Assembly: GCA_032718475.1 (NCBI GenBank)
Contig: JAUCBJ010006660.1
Location: forward strand, 41,379-105,378
DNA: 64,000 bases
Origin: Nemertoderma westbladi
Taxonomy: Eukaryota; Animalia; Xenacoelomorpha
Direction: 5' to 3'
In this document: positions 11,631-24,060 of the stretch, piece after piece
Layout: each line of letters begins with the position of its first letter
Numbering within the stretch: the stretch's first letter is position 1
Notes under the pieces: model-generated
Told to the model about the DNA's origin: nothing
Database searches by the model: none
What the model saw: only the letters and a program-made list of their open reading frames with translations
Position numbers and translations under genes: made by a program

Positions 11631-12971
11631 ATTCTGTACGGGTAGCGTAATATTTATTATTCAGAGTTTATGCGATTATTCGCAACATTCATGTCCCCAA
11701 GTTTATTCCTACAGTAATTGTGCTTGTTACTCATACCGTTATAGTTAAATTAACCCCGGTACTACACGGGCTGCTTGGCGTAGGTAAAGACTGGTGATTT
11801 TGTGCACCGGTCACTCCAGCAGATGCCGTGGTTCTTTTAGCTGTTCAAGTATTTTTAACTGCTAGTTATCTGTTTTATAAGTACTTGTACCTAATTTAGG
11901 GTTTGGTGTACAGTGTTTTCCGAAAGTAATTAGTGTGTGGGCAGTGTATTGTGTTGTAAAGTGGTTAATAGGCACGTTGGATCTGGTAGTCCGCGGTAAT
12001 TAACTACTAGGTAGGGACACTCCGTGATACATAACGTAGTACCTATAGCGATACGGCTATAGGTCGTCAGGCGGTGGTATTTTCCTATCTGGACAACACA
12101 GTGTATTTACTACTACTTATTATTTTAAAATACCGTAGTATCCTGTCCGATGTAATAACCAGAAAATCTAACACTCTGTTAGACTGGTTTGTAGTTCCTT
12201 GTAAAATTACCCTAAAATTTCGTACGTAATATTTTTGTTGTGTTTAATTAGAGATTTAATCTCACCCGTATCGTAAGTAATTTGTAGATAAGTAACTTAG
12301 GAAGTAGAATTATCTGTTTTAGTGTCTAATAAGTAGCACTTCACTGAGAGCGCACAGCTTTTGTGTAGTGATTACTTCCCAGAAATAATAACATCTATTT
12401 CAATATTGTAACAAAACCCCTCATACGGGTACATATAAATCCACTAAATCTATTAATAAAATAGTAGGCCTGTCATACAATCCTTAGGTCTTAATATCAG
12501 TTGGACTACTGCTTGAATAACGGTAATAGAGTAAGTAAAGTAACCAGGTAACCCCTAACATTCAATTATTTTAAAATAATTGACATACCGGTATTTACAA
12601 TAGGCTTATTATATTTATTCTATAAATTTAGGCTGAAATCATACCGGTATTCTGTAATTAATTCTAGTCTGTAATAATTATACTTATATATACTATAAGT
12701 GTCAGCTGTATACCGGTATTCACGATAGGCCTATTATATATTTATATATATTTGTGCTAAATTTATATACCGGTACTCTGTGACAAATCTAGTCTGTAAT
12801 AATACTTATATATATACTATAAGCATACCGGTATTCTAATATATTATATATATATCACGCTACACTGAGTAGCAGTATCGGTAATTAATTATTAGGCTAA
12901 CAGTGATACTGAATTACTAGACTTACTTTAACCGTATTTATAGCCGTAGGCGTTCAACTGTGTAAACAAAC

Positions 12972-15900
12972 ATGTCAGACGCAACCAAATCACTGTCAGA
13001 TAGTCTCTTAGAAAGTGTTAGAATGAGTATTAGACTTAGACAGCGTATTAAAAGGATCTGTGACCAAGATCCAAGTATAGAACATCCTAGATCCAAGTCT
13101 AAGTCACATACTATTGCAAGAAAGGCCATCCCTACAGTAGTAGTGTCAGACCCTAGGCTAGTAGAACAGCGTAGGTCTATCATTGGCACTCGGGCCCAAG
13201 TCAAGCGGGATCAAGAAGCAGCTATCAAACAGCAGCAACATCCTAGCCAAGAACCTAGTTCTCAGCGGCCCGATAGCTCCAGTAGTTCGGATACTGTTGA
13301 GCGGACGCCCGAATGCGGAGCGAAGATGGCGGATACGGTTTATGATGAACGGCCAACCTATGAAGAATCAACCGACGCCACTTCTTCTCAAGTGGAAAGC
13401 GAATTGGAAAGCGAAGTGGAAAGCGAATTAACAGCAGCAGAGAAACCGCGAACTAGAGACGCCATTGACATCTATCTGTCAGACTATCAGCGATTCCTAG
13501 GAGACGAAGAGTTGAGGAGATGACTGTCTGGACTTCGCCCTAATAGTGAAGGAACCAAGCTTGTGTTGGACGCAATCGATGCGGAAATGTTAGCTGCGAA
13601 CCAAGCTAAATTTGATGAACGACTCCGCCTCATTAGAGTCCAAGAAGAACAAGTAAAGAAAAAACGGATAGAGGACAGAAAGGCAGTGGCAGTGGAAGCG
13701 GCAGAAGCAAAAGCGGCAGCGGCAGTGGAAGCAGCCAAAGCAGAGGCAGCAAAGGCAGTGGCAGAAGCAGAACGGAGAGCATCTCAGGAGACTACCCAAC
13801 TGGAGTTGGAAAATCTGCAAGAGACGCAAGACTGCATAAATAAACAGTTAACTGCTAATCAAATGCAGATGATGAGTCGATCTACTCCCAAACGCCAGGA
13901 ATACACATCATCGGGGGAAGGCGAGACTACAGATCCTGAAGGCGGAGGAAATAGATCTCGTCTAAGCAGGCGTAGAAAAACATCTCACCGTCACAAATTG
14001 CCTGATTTGCCCCCAGCGGTTAGAAGACAACTAGCTAGCACAGACTTAGGTAGTACAGAACCCACAGACCAAATTATTGAGGTCAAAAGACTCCCTACTA
14101 TAGTTGATGAGCCTGAAATAATTAGGCCTGTCGTTCCCAAAGCCACTCCTGTGCTAGAGACCCCTATACTTCCAGAGCTTAACTCTAAATTCCCTCTACA
14201 CAGTACTACACTGCCTGTACCCGGTAGAACAGTCCATACGAATATCCCTGTCTTGGACACTGAGAGAGAAATCAAAGATTTGTCTCCCGTCGTCCAGCGT
14301 CGACCCGCTACAATGTTAGCGACTCCCGCTTCGGCGGTCGAGTGGGTAGAGGAGGGACGGCGGGGGATGAATCTCCTGCTCGGGCAGATGCAGGAGACTG
14401 TCCACCAACTCAAGGGAACATTAAGGGAAAGTAGGGTAGAATTGCAAGAAGTGCAGCAAAGTATCGCGCTAGAACGCGACAACTTAGTCAATATACAAAA
14501 GGGTATACCAATACCCCCTGTAACATTGTGTCAACCTGTTAGGTCTGAAGTATTACATGCGCAAGGTGTGGAGCCTACACGCATCTATACTGCTAGTGAA
14601 GTAGAAACTCCTATAGCAAACCCTATTAAGGGTGATTATAAACCTGTTGTTAATGATATTCCCTATAGACCTGATAATAATCCGATAAATTTATATACCG
14701 ATAATTCGATATTAAATAATACGATGGCCCAAGAAAGCTTTACGCGTCAGATGGCTAGAACAGAAGCCCGCCAAGCAGTCAAAGTGGGAGAGATCGTCAA
14801 ATTCAATGGAGATGAGATGAAATGGTTACCTTTCAATGAATATTACAAAGATAGCATACAGAACTCTGTACTATCTAATGGAGAGAAACTTAGATTCCTC
14901 ATCAAGTGCTTGGAAGGACCTCCCAAGTTAATGGCGTTAAAGTTCATTGGACATCCAGATGGATTAAGACAAGTTTGGGATACATTAAACATCAGGTATG
15001 GTAACAAGGATAACATAGCTAAGTATTTGTATGCAAAATTAGTAGCCCCCCGAAACTTTCTTAGTAGCGGGATTATAGAGTTTTCCGATGAGATTCAGGA
15101 GATCTGTAGACAATTGGACTGGTTAGGTAAGTCTCATGAATATCAGAGTTCCATGGTTATTGGAGCCGTAGTCTCTACTTTACCAAAGGGTGGAGTATGT
15201 ACACGCTGGGACAAGAAAGTGTTGTATATGAATGAGCAGCAACGACGAGGCCCTACCATGGCTGATCTCATGTCTTTCTTAGATAGTGAAGTAAAATTAC
15301 AACTCATAAAGCAGTCCAGAGAGAAAACATCGGAAAATAAGGTAAGTGAGAAACCCGTTTCTAGGAGAAGGGTAATACCAGTGTGTTATACTGACGACGG
15401 CGAAAGCCAAGCTTCTCAAGAAGAGGACAGCGGGAAAGACACAGCAAAATCTTACTATGACAACAAGACCTATAAAGACGTAAGTAAATATAAGTCTCGA
15501 ACCAGTGACAGGAGAGAACAGGTAACAACAACTCCTCCTACGTCTCCTAAGAGAATTCACGGAAGAAAGCCCGAAGAAAGAACTAGAGTGCATCAAGTTA
15601 CCCAAGGTAAAGTGAGTAACATCAAACCAAAATGTGCGCTGTGCGACGGGCCCCACCGTTTGAGTGTGTGTGCTGAATTCCTAAAGAAATCCCTGGTAGA
15701 CAGACGTGAAGTCATGTGGGATAAGCGGTTATGCTATAATTGCCTCAGACAAGGACACCAACGGCGAACCTGTTACTCCGACGTAAGGTGTGCAAAGTGC
15801 GGTGCGAAACATCACATCTTGTTACACAGTGAATTCGAACGAAACAACCCGAGTCAGGTAAGTGAGCCCGAACTACATGTCCAATTCAGTGATGTAAATG

Positions 15901-17066
15901 ACACTGATCAAGAGTCTGAGATGGAAGGATTCTATACTGACGAATTCTCCGACGCCAACGAATCCTGTTACCTAATCAATACCGCGGTGTATCGAGCACT
16001 TACTTACGAAAAGGACACCGACAATGAGTTCCCCCCAACTACCTTTGACAGACAACCATCTTGGAAAGCTCCAACTTCCAACGTAGGAATCAGAGAATTT
16101 CCTGTAGTGCAGGTAAGAGTTCACGGTCCTACCAAAAGTTACATAGTGAACGCCCTCCTTGACTCCGGCAGCACAGGAACATTCATCGATCAAGAACTAG
16201 CCGAAGATATCTTTGCTGGACAACCCAAATTCCAAACTAAGTTGAATATGTCCGGAATTATGCAGGTTTGGAAATCTACCATAACGGCAGATTACTATGT
16301 AGGTGCGTTGTCCACCCCCCAGGATAAATTAGGAGCACAAAGTATAAGGTCAGTAAAAATGGTGGCTATAAAGAACTTCGCTACTACCCAAGTAGAACCT
16401 TATAACTGGGACGAGGACGAGAGCATCCAACAGCTTAAGATACCTCGATTCCAGACAGATTATCCTGGAGTGCAAATACTCATCGGCCAAAACGCGCATG
16501 AGGCGCTCGAGACATTGGAGAAACGGCCTGCTCAACCGCAGCCACTACAAACCTATGCGGTAAGAACTAGAGTAGGTTGGTACTTCACTGGCCCTTCCCG
16601 TAGAACTCTCAAAGAGAGATTACCTCAACAACAGGTATACCAAGTAAAGGAATGGGAAGTGGAGAGCAGTGATGTGGACGATCCAACTGAGGGAACACCA
16701 TACTCCTCAGATAATGACGATATTAACTCCAATGTAGATCAATGGAGACATTGCCTTGGGACGATTAATCCAGCCGACATCGCTTCCAGAGGAGCAACTC
16801 CTCAAGAACTGATAGATACTCCAGGCTGGTTAGGTGGATCCGACTTCTTAAGTAAAGAAGAAGAAGAATGGCCTCCTCATCTTACCACGGCGGAGATTAG
16901 ACAGGCCAAGGGAGCGGAGAAAGTAACACAACAACTCAATCGCCCAGCTGGTCGTTTATGTTTACTGGAAAGAGACCGAAAACTGTCCGGAAACTATGGA
17001 AGGCAAGATACTCTTCCTACGACCACTTCCCTAATCCGACAAATATCTAGGGACTCCATAACGTAA
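12972..17066 (+). CDS. gag: A1 Gag-protease polyprotein ending in an RNase H C-terminal remnant; one in-frame TGA at 13521-13523
   Basis: DUF1759-like KFNGDEMKWLPF..EKLRFLIKCLEG; three BEL Cys motifs CALCDGPHRLSVC, CYNCLRQGHQRRTC, CAKCGAKHHILLH; protease ALLDSGS..ILIGQN..AVRTRVGW; QWRH..NPADIASRG. The TGA aligns with CGG in A2. Confidence 0.9.
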
Positions 17067-18695
17067 TAACATATGGAGTGGGCGTGTGACTATATCATTT
17101 TATATTTGTTTTTATTTTATATTTATGTATGTATTATTATGTAATTTTATTATAATCGTTTCCTTTAATTTTATTTAGTAGAATGTTATTTTAGTGATTA
17201 TTTAGTAGATTAGTGCAATATATTAGTGTTTATTACGTACGTAATTACTTATAATATATATTTAGTGCGACGGCGAGAAATAATTATTTTTTCTCTTTCC
17301 TTACTGTCCGTATCATATTATAAATACGTGACTACAGTAAGATGAAATGTCCGTACTTATTAAAGTACAATAAAGCCACTACTATATTAAAGTATTATTG
17401 GTAGGCAGAGTATTAGGAATGCAAAGTTCAGATCCTCGTGTCTCGGCTAAACCAAGCTCTGGGTAGACCTTGGAAACGACTTGCCTCTTCACACTGACAT
17501 TGCTTCGTGCGATATTGCTCTTCTACTTTATATTAAATAATACATATAGTAGCGTGATGTCCCTATAACAGTAGCGTAAAACGCAAATAAATCTGTTAAA
17601 CCTTTTGACCATCTGTAATTCTAGTCGATTAAGATATCGCGGCACCCACCGATATACTTGAAAGACAAATTCTAGAATCAGTGGTTAACGTCCCCAGACA
17701 AGTTCTGGAATAAATCGGTGCCCATCTTAAATATTAATTTAATATTTATTAAAATCTGTAAAATTCAGATCCTTTAAAATTTCTAGTCAATTAAGATATC
17801 GCAGCACTTACCGATACTCTTAAAAGACAATTTTATAGAATTAAAGATCCTAGGTCCCCAGACATGCTCTGGAATAAAATTGTGTCAATTTTACCATCAA
17901 ATAATAAAATTCACGGGAATAAATTTAAATTCATATTTTTAATGAATTTGATAAATTGTCATTTTATACAATTTATAACATTCCCAAAATTCCATTAATT
18001 AATAGATCATGGGAGCGGAGATTCATCCTATTGAGTGTATTAGAGTGCGAGAATCTCCAACTTAGTCAATAGCCGATAAAAATTAATAAAATCATGCATA
18101 AAGAGGATATTGACAATTAAAGAATTACTATTAAATAGCATTCCAGATCTGTATGCATGAGAATTACCCTAATTCTACCGCTAGCTTTCCATAATGTCAC
18201 CATAGCAACACCCACGCTAGAATTAGAAGCAAGTTAAAAGAACAATAGAAAGCTTGTCCCATTGCATAGCATAGAGAATACATAGCACACTGTTAGTATC
18301 CAAGGATACACAATAATAATGTGACATTCTGGAAGGCACTGACTAATGGACAAATGGCCCGTATGTGTACAATTGGTGACAGTTGTGTGGAATTTGTGCG
18401 TTTGTAGGTGAATGTTACTGCTAAGGTGTGTTTACAGTAGCTAGTCACAATTGTGAAAGTAGCCCAACTCTCCTATAGAAAGAACCTAAAGTGGATTCAA
18501 GCCTTTGGGACGGACAGTGGAGTGACTTGTGCCGGTTATCGTTGTCGTGCTGTTGCTACATGTTGGCGTAAACACCGCGACGACGGTACATCGGCGCTGA
18601 GAATCCCACTGTCCGGGGGCAACGAGAGGTAGGCAGCGACGCCCGCAAGCCTAAACCTAAACTCATTTTGATATTAATAAGCTCAGATAGCAGAT

Positions 18696-19678
18696 ATGAC
18701 GGAGTTGATAGAAGATGATCTTGGTATCAGGGAGCGATATACTCTACCTTTACAAGCATTTGTGGATAGCTTGATACGCGGTGAAGCCGATCCAACCATT
18801 ACGGAGGACGGTGGTCGTTATATCGAACCGCCGATGTCCCGAGAGCAACTTACGCGTGAATTGGACTATCGAAAATTCACCGCTCGCTATACGCATCGTA
18901 ATGGTACGTATATGGACTTCTTAACTACCGGCCATCCTATCGACTTGCATGATACGGACGATGTAGACACCGAAAGGGAAATGGTTCTATTTAAATATCA
19001 TACCCAGCGGAGTCGTAACGATAAACCGAGAATAGAACACGTAACAGACTGGAAAGAGAAAACGTTGAAGAACCGGATAAATGCATCGACTTCAACGACT
19101 ACATGGAATTTTTGAGAGAAACTTATCTCAACATCTCCAGTCAGCAGAACCTCGAGACTCTATATCCTCAAGGTATACATCATGACCCCATGGTAGAACT
19201 CAAACGGCTCTATCTCACTATGATGTATCTTACCGCCGATCGTCCACTACCTGTTATCCCGGATAGTTTTGAACAAATGGAAGAATATTGCAAAACTGGA
19301 GAACGATCACCCGCGTTTCCTCTACAGGACGTACGTCTTTGGTATTGTTGTGATGAGTGCCCTAGACCCAACCAACAAACTGAAAGACATAAACATCCGC
19401 GGAGACGTTGCGCTAAACACAGTTTTACGCGTTATACTTACGGGAGTTTCGAGCGAAACCTGTTCGACGTATCACCTACGATCGCTCGTCTTAAACGATC
19501 ACTAAATAAACCCATGATCAGAGTTCCGGAATACTCGGTCAGGCCTCCTCATTCCCCAGTGAGACCTCGGACTCTTGGTCCTGGCAGTATCACTGATCCT
19601 CCCGAACTATATTCGCTGTTCCTATTTCCACGAAAAAACGGCGATGGAAATTTATTGTGCATATTGCAGACTCAATAA
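18696..19678 (+). pseudogene. A1 accessory ORF2, frameshifted by a 13-nt deletion relative to A2
   Basis: ORFs 18696-19115 and 19103-19678 together match intact 52575-53570; aaaattctatttg is missing near 19041. Confidence 0.8.
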
Positions 19679-20492
19679 CTTGCACATTTTTGCGGTTTGC
19701 CCTCAATTTATGACTCAATGTCACCATTGTCAACTAAAGGGACACGCCAGTTTCGATTGCCCTTTTAATCACGATTTGGAAAGCGTAGATGAAATGATTA
19801 CACTACGTTACATCAGAGCTTGGGAAGCGAACGCTGATTTACATTGTGATTCGCGCCATCGTTATTATCCTGGACGCGCTTACGAAGGAGTTTATGCGTT
19901 CCATCCTTATCTATTCGCTTCTGTCGAACAGAAATCACGCTTATCAAGTTACGAACTACTGAAGCGCGTCGGAGAATGTATTTCAACCAAATTTGTACGC
20001 AAATTTCTCAGGAGTGTTAATCCTAGCGACATTCATTCCTATAACTTAATCAATTTTATCCGTCAAGATCCGGACTATGGAGACTTATTTGTTAACTCAC
20101 ACCCCGAGTTACAGGAAGTATATCGACGGCCTTACGAATACCGAGCCCGCGAACGCGAGTTGGAAAGAACCATTAAACCCAGGAAGTTTCTAACTGCCTA
20201 TGGTCCACCTACGGCTCTCGTTCAGACCACTAGTAAAGGACCCGTAAGAGCGGCTGTCCTAAAACGCGCTCTAAAGGCCGTTAGACCCCTCTCCCCCGAC
20301 GTTGATGTCAACCAACCCGGCACTTCGACCGGCGGATACACCGACCATAATCCTACATCCTCTGATGCAATCATATTGCACCCTTCACCCAGGAGTTATA
20401 GCCCTCCTTGTAAAGTGGCTCGCCCCAAAGAGAAAAAGACTCTGGCTAGCTTTAAAAAGCTGCGTAAACACCCTCCGCGTAAGAAAGACTAA
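19644..20492 (+). CDS. A1 accessory ORF3, 282 aa: tandem CCHC zinc knuckles and basic C-terminus, function unknown
   Basis: ATG in strong context gcgATGg; CAYCRLNNLHIFAVC and CHHCQLKGHASFDC; KKLRKHPPRKKD; intact in both A copies. Confidence 0.75.
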   Translation: MEIYCAYCRLNNLHIFAVCPQFMTQCHHCQLKGHASFDCPFNHDLESVDEMITLRYIRAWEANADLHCDSRHRYYPGRAYEGVYAFHPYLFASVEQKSRLSSYELLKRVGECISTKFVRKFLRSVNPSDIHSYNLINFIRQDPDYGDLFVNSHPELQEVYRRPYEYRARERELERTIKPRKFLTAYGPPTALVQTTSKGPVRAAVLKRALKAVRPLSPDVDVNQPGTSTGGYTDHNPTSSDAIILHPSPRSYSPPCKVARPKEKKTLASFKKLRKHPPRKKD

Positions 20493-20570
20493 CTGTTTAG
20501 AGTATTTACATATATTAGAAACTGTGATTTTGTATATTTTATAGACTCAAATCCCATTTTCTGGGAGCGG

Positions 20571-21798
20571 TGTAAAAGCTTTTGTGGGATGTAACTGGCC
20601 CTTTTGCTTTGCAATCCAGTTCCCTCCCAGGCGCTGGAATACTCTAAAAAGCTCTCTAACGCGAATGATGCAAAGCGACCGGCTGATTGGCTGATTTGTT
20701 ATACGAGGGGCTCTTTGCTATGTTCTATCGGCCAACCAGAGCTATAGCAGCAGAGTATGCAACCAGGGCAACCGAGCGGAGTGACTCATTTTGTGTGTTG
20801 GCCAAGGGCTGCAAAATTCCTGATAGTTCGGCATTTAGATATTCGTGGAACCTGTGGAATCTGGTGTTCTGCCAATGAGAGCTATTCCTCTCTGTGTAAA
20901 AAGATACCTGCAACGGTGTTAGAGTCAGAGAGTGTTTTTGTTACTGTTGTGTTGTTTCTATCTAGGCCAAGAACACCGGCTCTGGAGTCAATTGTTTCAG
21001 ACTTTAGAAGAAACATTAGTAGGCTTAGATTATAGAACGTATAACTGTTATCTCGCCATAATTATCAACTAACCAAACAATCATATCATATCTTAACCTA
21101 CCGTCTTAATGCTTTTACTGTTGTTATTATTTGTATTAGTTGGTTGAATATTATTTGGAGAACATCTATAAAGAACCCAAATTTCCCAATTTTCTTGATA
21201 CACTACAGGTTAGAGAGACAGGATACATATAACAATTGCGACTTATGTTATCGTGGTTTGTAGTGAATCTAATGCTATTTGATAGGCACTACATGAGTCA
21301 ATTGCTGTTCTCTTTATATATGATAAAATTCATTAACGGTCGGCAGATTAGTGTGCAGTATTGTGCGTTATCGGTAGTGTGCATGATTGTGGCTGATAAC
21401 TAAGCATTTCCTAAAGAATGCGCCTCATACGTGAATCATAAGCCTTACCGACTTACCGTTGTGTTTAGTATAAGTCATATCTCTGTTTACCTAGATAGAG
21501 CGCCACGTCCTAAAGGAACTGTTAATATTTCCCGAAAGTGAATAATATTGGTCAGAAATTATTTATTAACGATCAATCGAATAATACAGTAAGCTTACAC
21601 TGCAATAACAATCTAAGCCCTCAGAATCCAGTCTCCCGGGTATATCCAGCGGGTGAATGGACGCGCACTAGGCTGGCTTCTGCTAATGTTGTGTTTATTG
21701 GTATTAAATATTTGTCAATTTCTAAAGTCTATTTATAAACCAAAAGACATATAAATTTTGGCAGGTTAAACTGCTAAAGGTCTTCAAAAGCGCGTACA
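20571..21798 (+). repeat. A1 3' LTR
   Basis: Direct repeat of 9457-10684, followed by TSD ggggt. Confidence 0.95.
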
Positions 21799-22757
21799 GG
21801 GGTGATGATAACTCCACCTACTGGCTCCAGAAGTCGAGGAAATCCTGCCAAGTACCTAACTGATCTAGACTTTGCTGATGACTTAGAAGTACTCTCAGAA
21901 TCACTAGAGGGAGCCCAACGGCTCCTCAGCTCATTAGAACGGGCTGCTTCTAGTGTTGGTCTTTTTATTAACTCCAGAAAGACCAAAATTTTGACAGTTA
22001 ACTTTGAAAGTCATCAGCAAGTCTCTGATCGGATGAGCATAAGCTCAAAGGATGGTATGCTTGAGCATGTGGACGACTTCTGTTACCTGGGATCATGGAT
22101 CCGGAAGTCAGGTGAGGACCTTCGAATACATAAGGGAAAGGCATGGGCAGCCTTGAATAGGCTCTCCAGGATTTGGAAGTCACCGAGAATTAATCGGAAA
22201 CTTAAGGTCCGATTATTTAGAGCAGCAGTAGTTCCAGTACTCCTCTATGGGAGTCCATGCTGGGCTCTAACTGCTGAGGACACCAAATCTCTGGATGGAA
22301 CATTCACAAGAATGCCACGCCGGGTTCATTGTGTCAAGTACAATGCACACATCTCCAACCAGACACTATATAACATTGGAGGTGTCTCATTGGTTCCCCC
22401 AAGCTTGACACTAGAACAAAATCGCCTCCGCTTTGCAGGACATTGCTTTCGCCGTGAGGACCAGCCAGTACATCATCTTGTACTTTGGCAGCCTCATGGA
22501 GTGAATTAGCATGGTGGACAGCCCATGACTTTCTTGAGACGCATCTTAAAGGACACTGGCCTTGAAGATGCGGATGATCTAGCAAATGTCATGGGTGATA
22601 GGGAGTTGTGGCGGCGCAATTTTGTCGACGAGCCGGCACAGCATTCTTAAATATGCAGCTGCAATGCAGCATGCCGATCCTAGTAGTTGTAGTAGTAGTA
22701 GTAGATATTCAGGCTTTAAAACATAAGATTTAAAAAGGCTAGAGTTCCGTATAGAAC

Positions 22758-24060
22758 TGCATTTTTAAAACATATGTCATTGTTACTATGGCAACGTTGA
22801 AGAGCTCTAGAACAATATACATGTAATATATACTATTCTAGAACATAAATAAAATAAAAAATATTATGTTCTAGAACATATAGCTAGTTTTTTTTTTAAT
22901 TTAAAATAACTAGAAAATAAAAAAAAAAATTTAGATTTTAAGATCGCAAGTATACTAATATACAATAGAAACTTTTAGCAACTATCCAACGAAATACGGC
23001 GAACTCTCACGTAATTATATAATTCAACCTGTAGCTTTCGAATCACTGGGTGGTTTTGGTACCTCTAGGATAGCATCCCTCCGTGAGCTAGGGCACCGGC
23101 ACCGTATACAGAAGGTATCTGGCAACATAAAATCGATTGAACACCTTCGTCAACGTTTAGGGGTTTGTATCCAGGTCGGTAATGCTGCATGCGTCAAAGA
23201 GTCCTTTGCTGCACATTCCGAGTCTTTTAGAGAAATTTTATTTAAATATTAACTGCTTCTTTTTATACGTTTTTCTGTTTTAGTGTTTTTTTTTCAGGTT
23301 TTATTTGGATTTTTTTTATTGATGGAATCGTCATACTCATTGCGTGCACACTCCCCGCATCACTGTTAGTTTTTGTTTGTCGTACAGTGTTTTATTGTTT
23401 TTGTTTTAGATATAGATGAAATTATATATACTAATTAATTCACTAAAATTAATCATTCATTAAACTTTTAAATTTTAGAATACATATAAATAAGGTATTA
23501 ATTATTATAAAACAATTATTAAGAGTTAATTAAGCCAAAAAAAATATTCAATATAAATTATGTTAAAACAAATATTATACATTTAAATTGATATGAATAA
23601 AAGGTGTTTATAATTACAGAATATGTTTTTAATCAGTTTGTAAATCTATTGGGTAATTGCCTTTAATAATTCATTGAATCCATTCAAATTTCCCTTACGT
23701 ATCTGACGTCTCCACAAGTATTCGATAAGTTTTTCAGAGAATTTCTCTTGATAGGCATTGCACTTCTTGCACCATGCTCTTGCGTCATAAATTGTTATAA
23801 TTTTTAACCTTAACTTTCTTTTAATCTCTATGAGTTGACCTTTGTGCATTTCACCATACATTAAAAAAGAAATTTTATTACTAGCTATTTTAAATTTAAA
23901 AACTTTCTAGCTATATGTTCTAGAACAATAATTTTTTTATTTTATTTATTATATATATTATATATATATCTTATTTTATTGCACTAGAATAGTGTATATT
24001 TGTTGTTCTAGAACTCTTCACTGTTGCCATGGTAACAATGATTTATGTTATAAAAATGCA
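22758..24060. mobile_element. Foldback/MITE-like element with about 170-bp inverted arms rich in GTTCTAGAAC
   Basis: tgcatttttaaaacatatgtcattgttactatggcaac..ctagaacatatagctag is inverted relative to ctagctatatgttctag..gttgccatggtaacaatgatttatgttataaaaatgca. Confidence 0.6.
22991..23230 (+). mobile_element. CRE-like non-LTR retrotransposon 3' fragment (C-terminus of restriction-like endonuclease)
   Basis: Hand translation KYGELSRNYIIQPVAFESLGGFG...LRQRLGVCIQVGNAACV resembles the KY..F.P.AFETLG..G...LSxAIQRGNA pattern. Confidence 0.65.

Larger units (their letters stand above)
9457..21798 (+). mobile_element. BEL/Pao LTR retrotransposon A1, complete but non-autonomous (12.3 kb)
   Basis: Two 1228-bp TG..CA LTRs with about 4 differences by eye; 5-bp TSD ggggt; purine-rich gggagcgg before the 3' LTR; BEL-type Gag and protease. 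Confidence 0.95.
9381..22700 (+). mobile_element. 5'-truncated RTE-like LINE (9381-9456 plus 21804-22700) split by LTR element A1
   Basis: Frame FIIVVDYVLRMSLDHHNDDGV continues as MITPPTGS..DLDFADD after A1; (TAG)n tail; 11-bp TSD gtagatattca at 9370-9380 and 22701-22711. Confidence 0.9.

Noticed and set aside
13521-13526. TGA-CTG in A1 gag as programmed readthrough
   Set aside because: A2 has a sense Arg codon (CGG) there; a CpG-type nonsense mutation is simpler
19630-19640. A AAA AAC slippery site fusing ORF2 and ORF3
   Set aside because: ORF3 is in the +1 frame, not -1, and the heptamer is not conserved in A2
18696-20492. env gene
   Set aside because: No signal peptide, fusion peptide or transmembrane anchor in either ORF
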